Source of the DNA: Lophium mytilinum
Taxonomy: Eukaryota
Direction of reading: 5' to 3'
Length of the DNA: 64,000 nt
Assembly (NCBI GenBank): GCA_010093605.1
Contig: MU004198.1
Coordinates: forward strand, 1,366,726-1,430,725
The first letter of the stretch is position 1, and every line of letters begins with the position of its first letter. The notes under the pieces were generated by a model. The model searched no databases. It was given only the letters and a program-made list of their open reading frames with translations, and was not told where the DNA came from. Of the stretch, positions 36,549 through 47,319 are shown in pieces. Both the position numbers and the translations under genes were made by a program.

Positions 36549-38159
36549 ATGTCGTCTTCTCCCAAAGGACAAAATGCTTTGGAGTCCAGCGCCGACAGCG
36601 ATACCTCCGAAGCCCTAGTGCGCCGACCGGTCTCGAAGTTCACGAGAGTATATCGAAGTCCATGGTTCAGCGTTGTCGTTGTTGGATTGATTTCTTTCAC
36701 GCAGCCTGGAATATGGAATGCTCTCAATAGTATGAACAAACGCAAGTCCACCGAGACGTAGCTGACGGGACCAGACACCGGAGCTGGAGGCCAACAAGAG
36801 CCATACCTTGTAAATGGAGCAAATGCGATCACGTTTGGGTGCGCTAAGCCAACAGCGCCCTCCTAAAAATGGCGGCTAACTTACGGGTATTATAGCATCA
36901 TGGTCTTCGGCTGTTCGATCTTCGGGGCCCTGGCAAACATATACGGGCTCAAGCCTATCCTGATCATTGGGACGCTGGGCTATGCGCCATACTCTGCTTC
37001 GCTGTATGTGAATAATCGCTATGGAAACGAGTGGTTTGTATGGCTGGGCGCTACCACTTGTGGAATTGCCGCTTCTGCCTTATGGGCTACTGAGGGCGCT
37101 GTTGCGCTTGGGTACCCTCATCCAGAGGATAGAGGAAAGGGGAGTAAGTGTTACTCTCCTCCTGTGCCAAATTAAGTACTAACAACGGCGTCTATAGCGG
37201 GAATCTGGCTAGGTCTCCGCGAATTGGGCCAGCTCATCGGCTCATCCATCCAACTCTCCTTGAACGTGAAGCAAAACAAGCGCGGGAAAGTAGGCTACAC
37301 GACCTACCTCGTCCTCATCTCCCTTCAATGTCTCGGCCTCCCCCTCGCAATGCTGATCTCCCCTCCAAACAAAGTCATACGCTCTGATGGCACTGGAATT
37401 GCTGATCCCACCAAAGCGAAGAACTTCCTTGGCGAGATGCGCAAAATCGGCCGACTTCTCACGACCAAAAGAATACTCCTTCTCATCCCGATCTGCATTA
37501 TCGGCACCTGGAACGGGACGTACCAAGGAATCTACCTTACGAAGTACTTCTCGGTCCGCTCGCGGGCCCTCGGCGCTCTGACTTCTGGTATTGCGGCGAC
37601 CGCTGCAAACATCTTCTGGGGATGGTTCTTCGACCTGAAATATTTCAAGCGGCCCACTCTTGCCAAGATAGTCTGGGGTTTCTTCGTCGCTATCTTACTC
37701 GCACTCTTCGGATGGCAAGTCTCCAATGAACACCTCTACGGGAACTCGCCCACGAAGGTGACGCTAGATTGGGCCCTTCCAGGCTTCGGCCGCGGGTTCG
37801 CGGTCAACGTGCTCTTCCGGTTCATGAACGAATCCCACTATATGTTCGTGTACTGGCTCATCGGCAGCTTTGATCAAGATGTCAAGACCCTCACGCTGAC
37901 GGTGAGTATCCTACGCTCTGTCGAGTCGGTGGGTTCGTGTTTGGCGAATGGCGTTGGTGCGTTGAAGATCAAGCCGATGACGAATCTGATTGTCGCGTTT
38001 GTGCTGTTCGTGGTGGCTATTCCGACCACGACGTGGGTCACGTTCTTGGTGCCAGAGAGGCCGACGTTGAATAGAGATGCTGAAGAGGATAGGGAGGAGA
38101 CGAGGGTGAGCGGGCCGATTGCAGTGGTCGTCCCGAAGGATTTGGACCTCACACTTTGA
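36549..38159 (+). CDS. UNC-93-like MFS transporter, 4 exons
   Basis: PGIWNALNNTGAGG after splicing; introns 36730-36774, 36839-36895 and 37144-37197; many TM segments. Confidence 0.9.
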
Positions 38160-39472
38160 GTCGCGTCGCTAGTCCGAGTCAAGTTATTGAGATAAGTTGC
38201 AGCTGCTTATAATTATACCCTACAAATCCAACTCATAAGAAGTCATCATGATCCAAGTGGCGGCCTGGGTCGTTGGAGGGGCCGATACGAATATGGCCGT
38301 CCCAGGTCAACTGAAGAAGAACAAAAGACGGAGAAAAAATCTGGCTATATCGCGGTAATTCGCTTCACGTCGCGAAACGAAACGAGCGTAGTGTTGGGAA
38401 CGACTATGGCATTCCGCGTCGTAGTACGCGACTGGACATGAGAACATAGTGGCGAGACACACGCCCGTGACGCCTTACCTAATGAACGGAACTGTGGCGC
38501 TTCGTCAAAGATCAATTGGAAGGTTACGGCAGACCAAATGCAGCTTCTTATTCGGGGTCAAGCGGCATGAGAAGAGGTGAGCTAGCTGTGCCTTTTGGTC
38601 TGCGCACAGGGCTGAACTAGGACCTGTGCGTCTTCATGTCAAACATAGGGAGGGGGCTTGCATCATCGCTGTTGTCTCCAGTGGTGCTATGATACAGACT
38701 GTAGCCTACGTTTTGGTCACATAGTGGGTCTTCCTATGGGTATGTTCCCCGTGATGGAGAGTGGTTGAAGTCGAAGGGGGATGCCCTGGAATGCGGGTCA
38801 GAAAGGCCGCTGAGATCTTATCTAGGCTGTCCTCTGGATAAGCAGGTTCACATGATGCAATCCATCACCGCGCAGTATCACAGCTCGCATGTCTTTCTTT
38901 GACTATGGAAAGGTTGCCAGTGCTACTCTAGGTAAACAAGAACTGGCGATACTTCAACCTCGAACCACGCAGGCTCGCGTTCCTGCCTATGAAGTCAGCG
39001 CTACCATCAGTCTCATCGTACAGTTCTTTTGTCTCTATGGGTACACAGTTGCAAGTAACAATAAGATAAATTCACATACGCAAAAATACCGGCTGGTACC
39101 GATTCGAATATATTCGGCGCATTCCAGCAAGGCCAAACATCCACGAAGTGTCCCCCCCTCGGTGTCGTCATTCATGTTCTAGGCGCGCTCTCCAGTCTGT
39201 AAAGCGTCTTTATCTACATGCCACTTTTTATCTAAAGTATGCGGCGTCTTTATTCGTGGGGAACAACCTCGTCTTGGCGAATAAGGCATCCCGGTGCAAC
39301 TCCGAGCCTGGAACGCTTACCGTCATACCGTTTCCCTCTTTCGCGGATCCATTTACTTACACGTACTACAATTCCCATAAAAGGTTCAATTCCAGGTTTC
39401 AAAAGGTAGGAGCCGTACTTAACAACTCCTTCACACAAGATTATCCAACGACATCTTTTGCCAACCATCAAC

Positions 39473-39785
39473 ATGCCGGATCAACAGCAGCCTGTGAGAC
39501 GTCCTGCTCCTGTTTTCAGTATCCAATCCGGTTAACCATCGTTCCAGCAACTGAGCGCAGAAGATCAAAAGAACGCCCAGGATCCAAATCACCCTGCTCA
39601 CCCAGAGCACCCAAAGGTACATACATACATTCCGGACGGCTCCACTCAAGGGACCTGATTTTGACGCGCCGAACCAGCATGGCGAGTTTTTGAAGAGTCT
39701 CCCAAAGAAATTAGGCGGCGCTGCGGTCTTTGGCGCTGGTGCTACCATGGGTGGAGACGCTGTTAAGGCCGCACTTGGACAGTAA
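39473..39785 (+). CDS. 65-aa microprotein with a Pin3/Lsb1-like C-terminal FGAGAT motif, 3 exons (not in the ORF track)
   Basis: Introns 39494-39547 and 39617-39677 give MPDQQQPQLSAEDQKNAQDPNHPAHPEHPKHGEFLKSLPKKLGGAAVFGAGATMGGDAVKAALGQ*. Confidence 0.75.
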
Positions 39786-40227
39786 GGGCGCGACCGATCA
39801 ATATGAGGAGAGAACGAAAGAACGGAAAGAAACTGGGGTAGAAATGATGACTGCAAAGATCCCATATACGATGACCAATCTCCAAGCGTAAACGCGAGAC
39901 TCCCTCGTGCTCCCCAGTATTATCAATCTCTACGAAGAAATTCAGTTCTCGACCCCATTTTGAGAGCACGTCCCTTTCACAGAACCAAATATTACCATTT
40001 CGCGATTCTCTTTGTCATTCTCCATTCTACTCCCCTCAACCCCCCAAAGCATCCACGCCAAGCCTCTCCCATTCTCTAACTCAATGCGGTGTCTCAAGCC
40101 TCTCTTTGTTACCCAGCAACCAACACGCACCACACCCCAAATCAACTTCCCGCCCATCCCAAACGAATTACAGACTCCAACTCTACCAAAACTCCTCTAG
40201 ACAGCATATCCACGACACACATCCACG

Positions 40228-41049
40228 ATGCCACCCCAAGCCCGCCGCCCCCATTCTCAAGCCAGCACTTTCCAAGGCGGCGTCCCCGTCTTCGCCAGCA
40301 CTCCCACACCCAAACCAAGCCCTCCCGCGCCCAAAAAAAGCCTCCAAACATCCCCCAGCCTCTCCCATTTCCTCCCCAGCATCCTCAACCCCTCGAGCGC
40401 CAAATCGGAGAAGAACCAACCCTTCAGCACCGAGTTCGCGGGATCAGCCGTTTTAACGCGGTTTGATAGTTTACTAGCTAAGCAATGCTACAAACTAGAC
40501 GCCACGGCGCGGCATGAACTAGTCGGTGCGTATGCGACATCCCAGGAGCCCGTCTCATATCAAACCCGCAGCTTCGGAGTTTTGATATTACAAGCGTGAG
40601 TACTAACAGCTTAACCCCCAGTCAACCTTGGCTTCCTAGCCGAATACGTCTGGAACAACCCACCGCCCTCCAGCCTCTACATCATCAACTCCAAAGAAAT
40701 GGACGCCGACGGCGGCTGGCGAACCGCCGTCGTACAGGCCGGCGAGGCGCGCAGGGGCCAGGAGGCCGCGCCGCGCGGGCTCGACGTGCTGATCTACGGG
40801 AACCGGGTCGAGGACCCCGACGACGGGCTGCAGGGCTTGCGCGAGCGGGTGGAGAAGTCGATTGGGGATTTGCTGGCGAAGGCGGATTGGGTGGAGTTGA
40901 CGGCGAGGTTGTTTAAGAGGAAGATTCCCGGGGTGGAGTGGAGGAACAGGTGGTGGGGGGAGTGGGCCTCGGCGGTTTGGACGCTGCTGCAAGTGGCTGC
41001 GGTGATTGGGGCGTTGTATGCTGTTTCGGGGTTCTTTAAGGGGGAGTGA
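40228..41049 (+). CDS. Hypothetical protein with C-terminal TM helix; member A of the four-gene family
   Basis: Phase-1 intron 40526-40621 (GTGCGT..CTAAC..CAG) joins the two ORFs; tail ASAVWTLLQVAAVIGALYAVSGFFK. Confidence 0.75.
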
Positions 41050-42202
41050 TGGCGTTGTGCGTTTCGTCGCAAGGGGGGAGAGGGGCTGCGTTTCTGCGTT
41101 ATGCGATGCTGGTTGATATTAGTTGTGAGTTTTTTGAGTTCGAAAGAGGTCGAGTGGAAGCGGTCCGTGCTGAGCTGTTATTTGTAACCCCTCGTCGAGT
41201 GAGGGTATATAATTTGTTTAATTTTGGCCGTCTAGTATTAATCCTGGGATTGGGACAGTCTGCTGGTCAGCTGGGTCCTGTTCAACAAAAATCTCTACAA
41301 AGTCCTTCGTTCGCCGGTGGCCGTCCAGGGTTACGAGTTCGACTCCTAGTGTGTCCAATCTCAAAAAACAATACCATCTGACAAGTTGTTTTTTGCTTTT
41401 TTTTGCTCTTTTTTTGGGATCCTTACTAGCCCATTCTGACATTCGTGTCCCTAGAAGATTGACGCATTTGTAATTTGTTTGTCTTTCCCCATGTCCTTCC
41501 TCCGGTCAAAGATATTGGAAAAGTCACCCATGTTCCCCCAGTCTTGAACTGCAAACTATCATAACGCAAAAAGCCACCAATGCCTTGCGTAGAACCTCTT
41601 GGGGTATGATGTAGATTCATTGCCTCAAGTGCGATACAAGAGCGCTGTCCCAGGAAAAGCTGCCCCGGCTACATGTATCAACTTCTGATAGAAGGGAGGA
41701 CGAATAGATAGATACCTCCAAAATAGCTAGTCTGGTATTGCCAGTATCTAAATCACCCCCACACGCATTATAACACCTCACCATGCCATCACAGTCCTCG
41801 ATCCTCGGGTCTCCACACCGCTTCAGCACATCTCTTTCTTGATGATTTCATCCCAGCTAAATCCCACACTTACTACTCCCTTCCATGCGATAGACCACCG
41901 GCACCAGAATCTACTCGTAACGAGACATCCAGCAAGGTTGGAAAAGAGAGGGAGAAAGAAACGCACAAGCACGAATCCAAGAAGTGCGAACAGAAGTAAA
42001 CAATTTACAGTACCTCATATATAGCTCATAACCTTCTGCCATCTAAACTCCTCAAGATATGCAGGCCGAATTGCCTCGCCACGCTCATGCAGACAACAAT
42101 CCTCCCAGCATCTTTCCGTCTCAGAAACATGCTACCGAATAAACATGCTTCATGACTCAAAAGCCCATACCAAAAAAAAGCCATATGCCCGAGATAATCA
42201 AA

Positions 42203-45200
42203 CTACCTCTTCCCCGCCACCTTCCTCCCCACATCCTTCCCCCACCTCAACCTCCCACTCACGCCCTTCGAGCCGCTGCCATCCTTCGCTCCGCTCGCCT
42301 CGGCGGGATTCTGCATCTGACTCCCACTCGCGCTCACTGGTCGACTCCCCGCCGGGCTCGCCAACCCCCTACTCACACTCCCACCCTCAGGCAGCTCCGC
42401 AAATCTGATCCCTGGCGCTCTTTGCGCGGCGGACGTCGCCGCCGCCCCTTTGCCTGCGCTTTCTCCTCTGCCAGTCGCAAGCGGGTCGCCGCTCTCCTCC
42501 TCCCCGCTCTCCGAGTCCGAGTCTCCCTGATCGCCCATCCCCAATGCGCCTAGACGTCTCCGCCGCTCGGCCGCCGTCTCGCCGACGTCCATATGGCTCT
42601 TTGGCGCGTTGGACATCGCCGTGGGGTCGAAATCTGAAAGACTTTGGGCGTTGGAGGCAGGGGCGAAAGGCGAGTTCGATCCGTCTCGTTCACGTTCTCT
42701 CTCGCGGCCGCCCGAGCCCGAAGAGCTGAGCGCTGCCAGCCTGCGCCTCCTCTCTGCAGGCGTCTCCTTCGCTTCCTCGTCATCGGCCTCATCGTCGACG
42801 TCGTTGGCGTCCGGGGAGGCCGGGATGTGCGGGAAGGGGTACGAAGCGATGCGTCGTCGGCGCTGGGCGCCAGTCTCGCGGTGCGGCTGGTCCATGGAAT
42901 ACTCGGCCAGGCTTTTGCCGACGGGGTGGAATGGGACGTCTTCGTCGTCTGAGTCGACGAGGATGTGGCCCTCTGGCCCCTTTTTGCGGGTGTCCGACGG
43001 CGAATCGGCTTGGATGATTTGCGGCATGGAGTCGTGATGCTCGCCGACAGTCGGTGGGATCTTGGCTGAGCCGCCTGTGGTTGCGCGTTTGCGGCCGGCT
43101 GCGGCTTCTTTGGCATCTTTGCGGGCTTCACGCTTGACGTCCTCAGGTACGTCGCTGTTCTCGACGAGCTGGGCGCGCGACTTGGGGTCCATCTTTTGGA
43201 TCTGCTGGATGAATTCGAGTTTGCTCATGCGGCGGCCGCCGGCTGTGACGGTGAAGCGAATGTTGTCGTCGTCGTCTTCTCCGGCGTGGTGCTTCTTTTC
43301 TTGACTGCCTGGGGCGCCTGCTACGCCCTCTGCAGCTTCGCTGGCCGTCTTGGCGGGCATACCTAGGTAAGATCCCATGTTTTTGAGGCGTTGGAGCGTT
43401 CCTGCGCCGTCATGTGCCTTTGGTTGTTTCGCGGGTCCAGGGATGTCGTACTTCTTCAGGACCTCGCCGTCCTCGTCTTCCACGATGATGGTGTTGCCGA
43501 ACTGATATGCTAGAGCGGGACCGCGCTTCGGGGCAGGCTTGTGCGCCTTGGGAGGTTGTTGGGGCTCACCACTCCCAGGACGGAGTCCTGATCTACCAGA
43601 GAACGACTCCATTCGCTTACGCATGTCTTTCCACCCCTTTGCTGGGTGTTCAAGACCCTCCTTGATACCTTCTACCACTTTGCCAGGTGCCTCTTCTACA
43701 GCACCACCGTGCTCGGTTTGTGCAACACCATCCTCAACGCGTTTCTCGCGTCCAAGACGACGTGCGGCCTGTTGGTCGTGGCGCTCACGTTCCGCCCCCT
43801 CTTCTCCATGGCTATCTCTGACACCCAGCACGTTTCCTTCTTCGTCTTCAATGACTGTTTTGTCACCTTCTTCGAAGATCTCCTCCTCAGGGGAGCCAGA
43901 GCGGGCGCCCTTCTCCTTCGTGAGTGAACTCTCACCGGATTCCACGTTCTCGTCGCTATTTATGGCTAGAGTATCCGAATCTCGTTGAGATAGTTCGGGC
44001 ACCTCTTGTTGTCGGTCAAATCTTTGTGGTCTAATGGCTGATTGCGATATAGGTCCTCCGGGACCAAGACCCTGGTCCCACTTCCTCCGGCGAGCTGACG
44101 GGCGCACGGAGCTTGCTCTGCTAGAAGGTTCGTCGTCTTTCTGGCGACGGAGAAATTGGCCCGCAGCGCTGAGCGGGAGTAGGCCGGGTCCAGAAGAGTC
44201 CAGTTTCTCGTCGAAATCGGAATCAGATGGTCTTCGAAGGGACATGGAAGACTTGGAGCGGGATTGGATGCGGGGAAGCCGATCCATCCATCCCGGTCCA
44301 TCATCATTGGCTTGCGTGTATGAGAGCGTCAGCGTGAGGGTGTTGATATGCTTGCCGAGCGTGAAGACGGCAATCGAACTGCCGTGGACAATGATACTTA
44401 CGATGACCAAGAAAGTGGTGATGGGCCATATCAGCTCGATGATGTTTTTGTGCTCGAATCCCGCTTCCGGCAGCACAGCCAATGGCGTAGTTGATTCGGT
44501 TTCCAGTTCCGCTCTTGCCAAGATGGCCACAAAGATAGCGCCGACGCCAATAGGGCCAAAATGCCCAGCGAACAGCGCTTCACGCCAGGTCTTGATGTCG
44601 GGTATGATTGGTTTCAGGACAAGCATGATGGGTATCCGGCGGAAGAAGAGCACCAGAATGCCAAGGACCACAAGACGCCATGGTGAGGTACCAATGATGG
44701 TAGAGTTGTACTGCTCCCAGGGAATGATAGTGCCGAAATAGACGAAGAAAGCCAAATTGATCAGCAAATCAATAACGTTGGAAACGTGGGATTCTTCCGT
44801 TTTCTCGAGAAACCATCCGTCGTTTGAGAATCCTACACCACATGCAAAGCCAACGAGCAAGTCGTCTACTCCCAGGATACTGCCTGAACCGGCGCAGAAC
44901 AGAGCGAGAACAAAATAGAACACAAGGAAGCTCTCTCGATCGATGACGTCCTTTTCGTGGGCCCAACGGATAGCTCGGCGGGCGAAATAGCCAACCATGA
45001 CCCCGTAGAAGCAGCCAAAGACACACTCGTACAGAATTGTATAGCAGAACCAGTGAAAGGAGACCTTGCTAGCATCCGGGCGGTACCGGATGAGATACAG
45101 AGCAAGGTAAATGAAAGGAAATGCCATGCCGTCGTTGCATCCGGACTCGGCAGACAGCAAGTCTCGCAGATGCTTAGGCACTCGCTTTGCGAATTTGCCT

Positions 45201-45664
45201 TTTCCCACGACCGAGGAGGCCAGGACGGGATCGGTAGCGGTCACACATGCAGCGCATGTCAGACTGTCCAGCCAGTCCAGATGCGTGCCAAACATCCACC
45301 AAATAAAGAGGCTGGTTATGAGCCAGCCAAAGGTCATAACGGGGATCAGAAGCAGGGTGACCGACTTCCAGTGCTTTTCCATGTATGACTTTGGCAGTTC
45401 GACCCCGACGGCGAAACACTGCACAACGAGGACGATGCGCGAGAACTCCACGGTGATCAGATCGGTATTGCCCCAGTCCAGCGGATTTATGAGGTTGGCA
45501 GCGTGCGGGCCGAAGATGATGCCGCAGATGGTCGCTACTGTTGCTTCGCCGATGTAGAGGCGCTCTTTGATAACGGAGGAGCACAGCATGAACAGGCTCG
45601 TGAAGCCGCCCAGGATGATGTAGACCAGATGGGCCTTGGTGACGGAGAGGTGGTCCCACGCCAT
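42203..45664 (-). CDS. NHA1: Plasma-membrane Na+(K+)/H+ antiporter with long cytosolic tail, intronless
   Basis: MAWDHL start; motifs KERLYIGEA, TATDPVLASSVVG, AESGCNDG and GHFGPIGVGA. Confidence 0.95.
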   Translation of the reverse strand: MAWDHLSVTKAHLVYIILGGFTSLFMLCSSVIKERLYIGEATVATICGIIFGPHAANLINPLDWGNTDLITVEFSRIVLVVQCFAVGVELPKSYMEKHWKSVTLLLIPVMTFGWLITSLFIWWMFGTHLDWLDSLTCAACVTATDPVLASSVVGKGKFAKRVPKHLRDLLSAESGCNDGMAFPFIYLALYLIRYRPDASKVSFHWFCYTILYECVFGCFYGVMVGYFARRAIRWAHEKDVIDRESFLVFYFVLALFCAGSGSILGVDDLLVGFACGVGFSNDGWFLEKTEESHVSNVIDLLINLAFFVYFGTIIPWEQYNSTIIGTSPWRLVVLGILVLFFRRIPIMLVLKPIIPDIKTWREALFAGHFGPIGVGAIFVAILARAELETESTTPLAVLPEAGFEHKNIIELIWPITTFLVIVSIIVHGSSIAVFTLGKHINTLTLTLSYTQANDDGPGWMDRLPRIQSRSKSSMSLRRPSDSDFDEKLDSSGPGLLPLSAAGQFLRRQKDDEPSSRASSVRPSARRRKWDQGLGPGGPISQSAIRPQRFDRQQEVPELSQRDSDTLAINSDENVESGESSLTKEKGARSGSPEEEIFEEGDKTVIEDEEGNVLGVRDSHGEEGAERERHDQQAARRLGREKRVEDGVAQTEHGGAVEEAPGKVVEGIKEGLEHPAKGWKDMRKRMESFSGRSGLRPGSGEPQQPPKAHKPAPKRGPALAYQFGNTIIVEDEDGEVLKKYDIPGPAKQPKAHDGAGTLQRLKNMGSYLGMPAKTASEAAEGVAGAPGSQEKKHHAGEDDDDNIRFTVTAGGRRMSKLEFIQQIQKMDPKSRAQLVENSDVPEDVKREARKDAKEAAAGRKRATTGGSAKIPPTVGEHHDSMPQIIQADSPSDTRKKGPEGHILVDSDDEDVPFHPVGKSLAEYSMDQPHRETGAQRRRRIASYPFPHIPASPDANDVDDEADDEEAKETPAERRRRLAALSSSGSGGRERERERDGSNSPFAPASNAQSLSDFDPTAMSNAPKSHMDVGETAAERRRRLGALGMGDQGDSDSESGEEESGDPLATGRGESAGKGAAATSAAQRAPGIRFAELPEGGSVSRGLASPAGSRPVSASGSQMQNPAEASGAKDGSGSKGVSGRLRWGKDVGRKVAGKR

Positions 45665-47319
45665 TTTGATTGCTTTTGTATGTTTTATATAGATATTTTT
45701 TCTTCGGGCGAAGGGGGGCGCGGGTTCGCGCAAGGTTGGGAGGGTTATGTGGGCAGCAGAGGCTCGGGATCCTGTGTGCCAAAAACGAGGGCGGGTGACA
45801 GATGCGCGTAGTTCGCAGTTCGCTGCATGTATTCAGAGGATGCGCCCAGTCGCCGCTCCTTTAGCCGTAGAGGCCGTGGTAGGTGGTGTTAAGAGGTTGG
45901 GCAGGAGCCGTAGGAGCCGGGGGACGTGGATGCCCAGGTGTTCGAGGAGCGTCTGACAGGCCGGGTGATGTGTCTGGGATAGCGGAGAGCGGCGTGAAGG
46001 CAGTCGGAAGAGTCTTCGTGCTGGGGGCGCCAGTTAACGTCGTCTTAGCTGAGTCTTGGAGGCTTGGGACCGATAAGATGCGGCGCGCGAAAAGAGGTCG
46101 GGATCCCGCTCCAAGATGGAGCCGTACCAAGGATCGGTGGTGTTTTGAAACCACGCTTTCGCCGCCAATTGCCCCAATTCAGCGACAACAGAAGCTCCTT
46201 CAGCGTGTATATCGGGTCTCAAGCAGCAGTTCCCCGCAGCTGATAGCAGAGGGCAGCGGTAGAGGTTGACGTGCTGGGGATCTGCTCGGTTTAATACTTT
46301 GACAGTCTGCCGTTCGCTGCTTGGCCATGTCTTAGCCTACGTGATTCGCCCGGGGTGCCCTTTGTCATCGCCAATCGCACGCCGCGATGGATTTCTGCTA
46401 GGTCCACGCCGAGCCGCCAACCCGTCCGACGCAAATAGCACCGCGAGCCGAGAAACCTCTTGACATGCGCCGTGCGGGGCAGTCGGGGACGACGTGATAG
46501 CTGTACTTCAGGTATCGTGGGCGCGCAGATAGCGAGATGCTTCATAATCCCCTCCTCCCGAGACACTCCAGCACCTCGTCTTCACCCTCCACGTCTACAC
46601 CCGCCATCGGGCCGACATACAAGGGTCTGGTCTGGTGGATATGGTGGAAGTGAGAAAAAGCCCGGTACGCCTCCGGCTTCCTTCCGCGCCGCCACGCCCA
46701 CCAGCGAAACGACATCCTCGCGTGGACGTGGGGTGTGCGACGGCCAGAGTCCAGCCCAGCTGTGTGGAGACGGACAGGCGTGGAGACGTGGAGCCTCACA
46801 GTCCAAGTCATGTGCTGTACGCCTTGCAGCGACGACATGCATCAGAAAGTTTATTTCATCCAGCGATAGCAAAGCGAGAGTGGCACGAGAACGCCAGACG
46901 AGAATCTCACGGACCACTCACGCACAAACAAAAATGCCGAAATATATGTCTGAAAACTATAGCGACTCTTAATTACCTGAGTCGCGGTTGAGTATATGGC
47001 CAGTGACTGTACAAAGTGTACGAGGCTATCCCTTATTTTCAACACCAACCATCCCAGTCCCCCGGTCTTCAAAAAACAGAATCCAAGACACCACAGCGCC
47101 AGAGCCTCCCACGGGCCCGCCCAGTAGAAAACGCCGTAAAACTCGAGCCCATGCTGATGCAAACGTAACCCTGTCGTGCTGCCCAACTCCTTGTTCATCG
47201 TCAAGCATACCCTTCCACCTCTTGCTCTCCTTAGCTGCCAATTATACCCTCATTTCATTTCACATGCTATCGTCACGTCGTTCCATTGCTTGTTTTTGTA
47301 CTATTGCGAGTTGAGCTGC

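Noticed and set aside
40430..40498. Possible extra intron in family member A (gctaag..tag)
   Set aside because: There is no phase-compatible GT donor and the frame is open anyway.
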